Virus record (IMG/VR): IMGVR_UViG_2841096034_000001
Strand: one strand, 5' to 3'
Source: a virus
Taxonomy: Duplodnaviria; Caudoviricetes
Length of the DNA stretch: 64,000 nt
Made by a program: the position numbers and the translations under genes. The notes under the pieces are model-generated. The model was not told the origin of the DNA, ran no database searches, and saw only the letters and a program-made list of their open reading frames with translations. Shown piece after piece: positions 58,048 through 64,000 of this stretch. How positions within the stretch are numbered: the stretch's first letter is position 1; each line of letters opens with the position of its first letter.

Positions 58048-60036
58048 TTAAGCTACCTCCATTTCTTCTGCATGTTCGACTCTTAGCTTTTTATCTGGCT
58101 CGCTTACTACTAAGCTGATCATCTGGCTATCTAGGTTAATTAAGTCGGTGACAGCTTCGGCGTTATCGATAAAGATTGGAACCTGAATGCCGTAATGATC
58201 AGACAACGTATTGATGATGTCTAAGCCGACATTGATTCTTGCTGCGTTATTTAATCCGGAACTGTAAGGGACTCCATCAAACAGCGTTTCACACGTTTCT
58301 TTCAAACCTTCATTGATTTGATTGTCAAAAAGCTTGAATCTAGCAAATTTAAATTTCTCGTTGATTTTGCTAGTTAATAGATTCACTTTCGATCGAATGA
58401 ATTCTTCGGTTAGATATAGCTGCTCTTCTAATTGCTCGTATTCTTCACCAAGCTTCTCCTGTTCAGCTTCCAGTTCTTTCACTCGCTGGTTACTTGCCTC
58501 AATCTGAACGAATTTCGCTAGGTCTTGATCAATAGCTCTCTTTTCTTGTCGAAGGGCCTCAAGCTCCGACTGAGCGCTACTGACCGACTCTTGAACATTG
58601 CTTCTTAGCTGTTCAATCTCTTGATCAACGGCTTGCTTTTCTTCTAACTTCGCCTTGTACTCTGGAAGCTCTTGATAGTCCGTTGTATTGGATTCAAGCT
58701 TATGGAGTTCTTGCTTCACTTTCTCTAAATCTTCTTCTTTCGTTTTGAGCTCATATCTCAAGTTGATTAATGCTGTATCATGATTTCCGATTTCTACACC
58801 AAGAGCCGTCTTTTTCTCACTCTTCTGCCCACCTTGTTCATTGATGGATTCAAGTTTATTTGCCTTGTTTTTATTAAATTCGCCTTTAGCTTTTTCATGA
58901 GCTTCTTGAATTTGCTCTTCTGGAAGTGACTGTCCGCATGTCGGGCAATTCTCATCGTGTTTGGATTCGAATTCTTCAGCATTGATTTTGTTATAGCGAT
59001 CCCGGAGCTCCTTCATTTCTTTCTCCAGTTGTTCTTGTTGCTCTCTGTTCGATTTGACTGCACGTTCTTTCTGATCAATATCTCTTTGAATGCTATCCAC
59101 TTCTCTAGCTAATCCATTCAATTCATTCCGTTTACCGTTCGTTTTATTATGGTTCAGGTCAGCTTGTTTGTTTTTGATTTCAAGCAGCTGGCCCTCAATC
59201 TCACGAGACTGTGTTTGCTTTTCACTTACTTGGCTACCATTATTGATGCGATTGATTTCCTCTTGCTTTTCGTCAATTTGTGATTGGATATAAGTGAGCT
59301 CATCGTTTAAATCCTGGCGATTCAGTTTACTTACATCGGGTTTGGAACGGTTTACTTCATCGATTCGAACAGGAATGCGTTCAAGTTCCTGGTTGATTTC
59401 TTTACGTTTAGCGGCAATAACCTTCTTGTGATCTTCAATGCTTCGCCCGTCTAGAAAATCAAGCAGCTTCTTCAAGCTAGGATTGGTTTGAATAACCTCT
59501 TCATCCGTCACGTCCCCGGCGATTTGAAGAAGTATTTCTCTTCGTTTCTGCCAATGAAGCTGTTCATTGAAATAGCTTGGTGACGTTAGAAGTTTAAATA
59601 CGTCTTCATCAATGATTTCTGAAATTTTACTTTCAAATTCTTTTTTCTTGGAAGGTACGTCATCAATGAAATGATCTGTGGTGTGTCCAGTAAACTCTTT
59701 CTTTGGACCAGATCTTTTCTGTGTCCATTTTTCGTAATACACCTTACGAAGCTTTAATTCTTTTTCATTGAGAGTAAAGACTACTTCGACCTCATGCTCC
59801 AGGTTGTGCATTTCATTACCATCGCCATCAAGATTCTTAATGGAGAAGTCCTTCTTGTTCTGACTATCTTTGCCGAACAGCAACCAAGTAAAAGCATCGA
59901 ACAGTGTAGTCTTTCCAGTGGCGTTGTCACCGTATATGCGGACGTTCTCTCCGTTTGGATCAACAACGAATTTTGTTACACCTTTAAAATTTTTAAGCGA
60001 CAGTACATTTAGTTTTAGGTTTTGCAATACCAGCAC
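58048..60036 (-). CDS. SMC/Rad50-like ATPase
   Basis: LKNFKG, GDNATGKTT, zinc hook CPTCGQ, long coiled coils, IFIDNAE. Confidence 0.9.
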   Translation of the reverse strand: MLVLQNLKLNVLSLKNFKGVTKFVVDPNGENVRIYGDNATGKTTLFDAFTWLLFGKDSQNKKDFSIKNLDGDGNEMHNLEHEVEVVFTLNEKELKLRKVYYEKWTQKRSGPKKEFTGHTTDHFIDDVPSKKKEFESKISEIIDEDVFKLLTSPSYFNEQLHWQKRREILLQIAGDVTDEEVIQTNPSLKKLLDFLDGRSIEDHKKVIAAKRKEINQELERIPVRIDEVNRSKPDVSKLNRQDLNDELTYIQSQIDEKQEEINRINNGSQVSEKQTQSREIEGQLLEIKNKQADLNHNKTNGKRNELNGLAREVDSIQRDIDQKERAVKSNREQQEQLEKEMKELRDRYNKINAEEFESKHDENCPTCGQSLPEEQIQEAHEKAKGEFNKNKANKLESINEQGGQKSEKKTALGVEIGNHDTALINLRYELKTKEEDLEKVKQELHKLESNTTDYQELPEYKAKLEEKQAVDQEIEQLRSNVQESVSSAQSELEALRQEKRAIDQDLAKFVQIEASNQRVKELEAEQEKLGEEYEQLEEQLYLTEEFIRSKVNLLTSKINEKFKFARFKLFDNQINEGLKETCETLFDGVPYSSGLNNAARINVGLDIINTLSDHYGIQVPIFIDNAEAVTDLINLDSQMISLVVSEPDKKLRVEHAEEMEVA

Positions 60037-60184
60037 TTCCTTTCAGGTTTTGATATTCATTTGTCAGTTCGATCAAATCATCATGATCTCCGTATTGAGC
60101 GACCATCTTGCAAAGGATGATGTAATTAGCATCTAATCCAATGCCTAACTCGTCTGGCTTCCGAAGTTCTTCTGCGTAGTTCAT
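59993..60184 (-). CDS. Hypothetical protein
   Basis: ORF with SD AAGGAGGG. Confidence 0.55.
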   Translation of the reverse strand: MNYAEELRKPDELGIGLDANYIILCKMVAQYGDHDDLIELTNEYQNLKGSAGIAKPKTKCTVA

Positions 60185-60758
60185 AAGGCCCTCCTTGTCG
60201 TTTTTATTGATTTAGGGCATAATGTAGATAGAATGTTTTTCAAAACGTCCACGTTGCTGCGTGGGCTTTTTTTAATGAACACTTTTGATTTCCTTGCCGC
60301 AAATGCCGCAGTACCTCGCGTCTGCTGAGTGGTCAGAAAAACCACATCGATCACAGGTGTAATTCATGAACTTTCACCTTCTTTCTGATGCCAGCGCATC
60401 GTTGAAACCAGGAACGTGGATAAATGGAAGACGTTCGTTAGAAAAGGAGGAGTTTCGCTCCTGGTCTCAACGACAGGCTGACCCTGTCGACGTTCTCTGC
60501 ACTTTCATGCAGTCAATTCATTTTCTTCAACTCCTTACTGCCTTGCTTGCGACTAACATGCATGGTATATTGGAGTTACCAAGCTATATGTTTCACCTAA
60601 GTCATCTGGACGTCCATCCAGGTGGCTTTTCTTTTGTTCCAGCTTCCGTTGCTTATTCATCTAATCCCTCCTAACCACTCGTACACATCGCGTAATATAG
60701 AAATCCGAAAGCAACCACAAACATAATCAAGTAGGCTACATCCAATTTTGTTAGGCGC

Positions 60759-61031
60759 CTATTCATGGGCGTGACTCACCATTGCGACCGTAATTCCTTG
60801 ACTCTCTAAATCGATAGACACTTGCTTTAAACGAACGTGATTTTCCTTTCGTTCTTTGAGGAACTCCAGTTGTTCCGCAATATCGATCATCCGTGTAGCT
60901 GTCATTTTGACTTTAAGTAAATCACCCTGAGCGAATTCTTCTTGTAGCTGATCGGTTAAGCTCCAAAATTCTTTTGTAAGTTTTACCGCCTCTCCAATGT
61001 CTTTAATTAGGTAGTTATCTAAATTATTCAT
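60759..61031 (-). CDS. Hypothetical protein
   Basis: ATGA overlap with upstream XRE gene. Confidence 0.65.
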   Translation of the reverse strand: MNNLDNYLIKDIGEAVKLTKEFWSLTDQLQEEFAQGDLLKVKMTATRMIDIAEQLEFLKERKENHVRLKQVSIDLESQGITVAMVSHAHE

Positions 61032-61549
61032 GAAGTGACGTACCCCCTTGATTGAAGCTTTCTATGATGGTCTTCCCAGAGTTGAGGCCAGCTGATGTTG
61101 TATTCCTGACATATGGTGGCTACATAAGTGGTAGAGGCATGGATAACATCAATGAACTCTCTGGCTGACTGCTCTATGTCCTGCAACTCAAATGATTGCG
61201 TAAACTCTGGTCGATTAGTGATTTTTGCTTTATTCATAGCTTCGATAGCTTCCTGGAGCTCTTCCTCTAGCTTCGATTTAACTGCGGTGCGGTGTAGATC
61301 AACAGCAGGACCATCGAGTTTGGTAATCCCAATCCCTGTGTATTCAAAGGCTGCTTGTAAACCCAACCATGGGTCGTTGTATTTCTTTGTAAAGTGATGG
61401 GCTGTAGCAGGAGATATTTTACGCTCCCCTGATTCTTGCTTGGTGATATATTCTCTTGACTGAAACAAGTCCATGGACATTTGATTTTGAGATTTCCCCT
61501 CTTTCAATCGTGCTTCACGAAGCATTCGAGATGCTTTTCCTTTTTCCAA
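61028..61549 (-). CDS. XRE-family HTH protein
   Basis: SQNQMS..SREYITKQESGERK. Confidence 0.8.
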   Translation of the reverse strand: MEKGKASRMLREARLKEGKSQNQMSMDLFQSREYITKQESGERKISPATAHHFTKKYNDPWLGLQAAFEYTGIGITKLDGPAVDLHRTAVKSKLEEELQEAIEAMNKAKITNRPEFTQSFELQDIEQSAREFIDVIHASTTYVATICQEYNISWPQLWEDHHRKLQSRGYVTS

Positions 61550-61620
61550 TTTTCACACTCTCCTTTGTACCCAAGAAGGTACCTATTTTTTATTTGATTT
61601 GTTGTTATAGTTAAGGTGAA

Positions 61621-61926
61621 TTAAATGATTCTAAGTTTTGATTCTCTGTTGATGTTGTCTTTGACCCAATTCGTATGTTCATCCATCCACTCAAACAGCT
61701 TTTCTGTTCGTACTCTTGGGTAACCCAGCTCACGACAGACAGGGAAATCTAGTCGGTTAAAAAGCTCTGCACATTTGGATTCACCGACGCCAGTCAATTC
61801 CATGAATTGTTTCCTAGTCAATACTGGCGGGATTTGATTTTGGATTTCATGCCTTTTAAGGGCTTGATCTACAGCTACATTGATAACTTTTTGAAATTGT
61901 TCTTGGTCGAAAGTAGCGTTAAACAC
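61621..61926 (-). CDS. Excisionase-like HTH protein
   Basis: PPVLTRKQFMELTGVG..FP..PRVRTEKLFEW. Confidence 0.7.
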   Translation of the reverse strand: MFNATFDQEQFQKVINVAVDQALKRHEIQNQIPPVLTRKQFMELTGVGESKCAELFNRLDFPVCRELGYPRVRTEKLFEWMDEHTNWVKDNINRESKLRII

Positions 61927-61927
61927 T

Positions 61928-62650
61928 TTAAATCACCTCCCTAATCACTTGCTGCTGATTAAGAGTGTCAATCTCCATTCGAAGGGACGTGTCAGGTTGC
62001 CAAAGGCTAATGTATCGAATCCCTTCTTCGAATTGTTTTTTAGGAAGATCACCGTATCTTGGAATCGTGAAGTGATTTTTAAAATCTCTCCAGAAGGCTG
62101 AAAACACTTGGCGACTTACTTCTCCATAAGCTGGAGCCTTCTTACCGCCAATGACTTCCATGATTTTGGCGTTCGCTTTTTTCTTGATACGGTGCTCTTC
62201 TGCGCCGTCAATTCTCATGGTTTCTTCCAATTGAGTCAGGCGGTTATCATGTTGTTCTAAAGTTTCATCGTGTTCGATTGAAAATTTCATGGCTGCCATG
62301 AGTTGCTCTTTCTCAGAAAGTACTTTAGGTTGTTGTTGTTCCATTTCTTCAAAACGTGTGACGTATTCAGCTGTAAAGAGGACTCCTTTTTGTCCAGTCA
62401 TCTTGTTAGCTACCATGTCGCAACCTTTCCGAGTTAGAAGATAACGTTTGTAATTGCGACCCGTTCCTGATTGGTAGGTGCTTTTCATGAAGAATTGATC
62501 AGCCCCCAAATCTGGGTTTTGATTAAGAACTGCAAAATAACCATCAATGTCTCTGATTAAGTGATCATGACGTCTACCTGTCATTTCCGCTACTTCACGA
62601 CTATCTGCAAGAACTTGTCCATTTTGTGTAACAAGATTTAATTGATTCAT
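61928..62650 (-). CDS. Rha-family regulator with ORF6C domain
   Basis: DSREVAEMTGRRHDHLIRDI..LTRKGC..KMTGQKG; C-terminal FKNHFTIPRYGDLPKKQFEE. Confidence 0.9.
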   Translation of the reverse strand: MNQLNLVTQNGQVLADSREVAEMTGRRHDHLIRDIDGYFAVLNQNPDLGADQFFMKSTYQSGTGRNYKRYLLTRKGCDMVANKMTGQKGVLFTAEYVTRFEEMEQQQPKVLSEKEQLMAAMKFSIEHDETLEQHDNRLTQLEETMRIDGAEEHRIKKKANAKIMEVIGGKKAPAYGEVSRQVFSAFWRDFKNHFTIPRYGDLPKKQFEEGIRYISLWQPDTSLRMEIDTLNQQQVIREVI

Positions 62651-62716
62651 TTGATGACCTCCATTTCAGTTTCCAACCTTTTCTAGTAATCTAGTACTAG
62701 GAAAGGAGGTAATAAC

Positions 62717-62923
62717 GTGGACTACTCAGATGTAAACAAAATTGAAGTTCTTGATTCTGTTGAAGAAGTTAATAAAAAGCTAGAGCGCTATTGGACGTTG
62801 CTTTCGGTTCAAACTGTTACGGATGGCGCACAAAGTAAATTGAGTTACGTTGTTGGCTGGACCCACTCCGAAGATGAAGAAAACTATGTTTCCAGAAAGC
62901 GCAAAAACAAGGACATATTCTAA
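62717..62923 (+). CDS. Counter-oriented small protein in early region
   Basis: Strong SD AAAGGAGGT before GTG. Confidence 0.65.
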   Translation: MDYSDVNKIEVLDSVEEVNKKLERYWTLLSVQTVTDGAQSKLSYVVGWTHSEDEENYVSRKRKNKDIF

Positions 62924-62926
62924 AAC

Positions 62927-63130
62927 TCATTCGCTTATTTTTTGGTTCATAGAAACTGTTGGTATCCGCTCGGCAAGATCCTGAAGAAGATATTGAGCTT
63001 CTTGAAAAGTAAGATTATGTTTTTTACAAACCTGGTAAATTTCTTTTTGGATTTCAATTTCCTTTTCAACCTTTTTCTCAGCTTCTGTTGCAGCAGGTGC
63101 TGAGGATTGTCCGTTACTCATATGACTCAC
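62927..63130 (-). CDS. Hypothetical protein
   Basis: SD AGGAGG. Confidence 0.55.
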   Translation of the reverse strand: MSHMSNGQSSAPAATEAEKKVEKEIEIQKEIYQVCKKHNLTFQEAQYLLQDLAERIPTVSMNQKISE

Positions 63131-63148
63131 CTCCTAAGCAGTACTCAG

Positions 63149-63260
63149 TTTCCACCACCGCACTCAGTGTCGAGTCGTCGCGATGACCAGGTCATTTATT
63201 ATGGCGTGGCTCATATCGTCGCTCACTCTCGCTCGTCGGCACTCAATGCGATGGTGGAAG
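63149..63260 (-). ncRNA. Long GC-rich stem-loop in early transcript after cro
   Basis: TTCCACCA-CCGCA..AGTGTCGA pairs with TCGGCACT..TGCGA-TGGTGGAA, with internal hairpins. Confidence 0.5.
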
Positions 63261-63281
63261 TAGTTTTAACTTCCAACTCAT

Positions 63282-63503
63282 TCACAAACACATATCGTGC
63301 GGTTGTTCACTAAAAAAAATTTCCTGAACGCTTTTTTTGTAGTAATTAGCAATAGAAACTTTAATTTTGTCACGGGGAATCCTTTGTCCATTCTCGTACA
63401 TCTGAAGTGCACTAACGCTAACACCTAGCTGTTTAGCGACCTCTTCTCGTGATTGACTTCCTCTTAGTGCAGTTAATTTTTCACCAATGTATTTCTTATC
63501 CAT
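63282..63503 (-). CDS. Cro-like XRE regulator
   Basis: SREEVAKQLGVSVSALQMYENGQRIP; likely start ATG 63503. Confidence 0.85.
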   Translation of the reverse strand: MDKKYIGEKLTALRGSQSREEVAKQLGVSVSALQMYENGQRIPRDKIKVSIANYYKKSVQEIFFSEQPHDMCL

Positions 63504-63623
63504 GTTACACCTCATTTCTGCACGATTTGTGTTGTTAACTAGAATATTACACCGCACGTTTTGTGTTGTCAACACTTATCGTGTCTTTTTTCAAAAAAAA
63601 TAATAATAACACACGAATTGTGT
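63288..63623. promoter_or_regulatory. Five operators RCAC-N5-GTGY at the cro/cI switch
   Basis: 63288-300, 63520-32, 63554-66, 63572-84, 63611-23. Confidence 0.75.
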
Positions 63624-63637
63624 TATTATGACCACAG

Positions 63638-64000
63638 GTGATAGATATGACAAATTTTGGCGATATACTTCGCAAACTAAGAAAAGAACATAAATTGAGT
63701 CAGAGGGAACTTGGTGAAAAAGTACAGATAAGTGAAAGCTCAGTCAGTATGTACGAAAGAAACGAAAGAGAGCCTTCATTTGAGATCACCAATAAATTCG
63801 CTGACTTCTTCGATGTGTCTTCTGATTACTTACTTGGAAGGACCCATTCTAGAGAACCTGAAGATTTTTCTGAAGAAGAAATTGAAGGATTCTTCGGTTT
63901 TGATTTAGATTCGTTAAATGAAACAGAGGTTAAAGAACTGAAAGCTCAGTTGCGTAAAGAAGTTGAATTTTACCTGTGGCAGAAGAAGAAAAATAAATAA
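63638..64000 (+). CDS. CI/ImmR-like repressor
   Basis: LSQRELG..SESSVSMYERNEREP..FFDVSSDYLLGR; no autocleavage domain. Confidence 0.9.
   Translation: MIDMTNFGDILRKLRKEHKLSQRELGEKVQISESSVSMYERNEREPSFEITNKFADFFDVSSDYLLGRTHSREPEDFSEEEIEGFFGFDLDSLNETEVKELKAQLRKEVEFYLWQKKKNK

Larger units (their letters stand above)
17448..64000. mobile_element. Temperate myovirus prophage (Xkd-like contractile tail); continues beyond right edge
   Basis: Ordered lysis-tail-head-packaging-replication-immunity modules with no obvious disruption of core genes. Confidence 0.95.

Overview
Low-GC Firmicute (Bacillaceae-like) DNA made entirely of two tandem integrated elements. They are joined at an 18-bp copy of the groEL 3' end (17448-17465, reading MGGMM* on the minus strand). 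Left (1-~17465) is the integrase-proximal end of a conjugative element. It has a VirD4-like coupling protein, a VirB2-like pilin and a lipoprotein, driven by a phage-like switch (ImmR-like repressor, Cro-like, Xis-like and XRE genes, DnaD-domain initiator), an ImmA protease with a LexA box in its promoter, and a tyrosine integrase. An AT-rich ~8.5 kb candidate anti-phage cargo block sits between immR and immA: a tandem-PLD nuclease with a partner gene, a DUF3800-like protein and a PD-(D/E)xK protein. Right (~17448-64000, continuing off-window) is an apparently intact temperate myovirus prophage with lysis, PBSX/Xkd-like contractile tail, head, packaging, replication/recombination and cro/cI modules. 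The best candidate for an undescribed system is the prophage-end moron at 17737-19682. There an A10 tract opens a -1 frame that fuses a zinc-ribbon ORF to a separately translatable small protein carrying an N/G-rich amyloid-like motif and a hydrophobic tail. Other signals include unannotated structured RNAs, three antisense sRNA cassettes, an Fst-like peptide, an AUU start codon and an Ig-like insertion in VirD4. All family assignments come from motif recognition by eye, not database searches.
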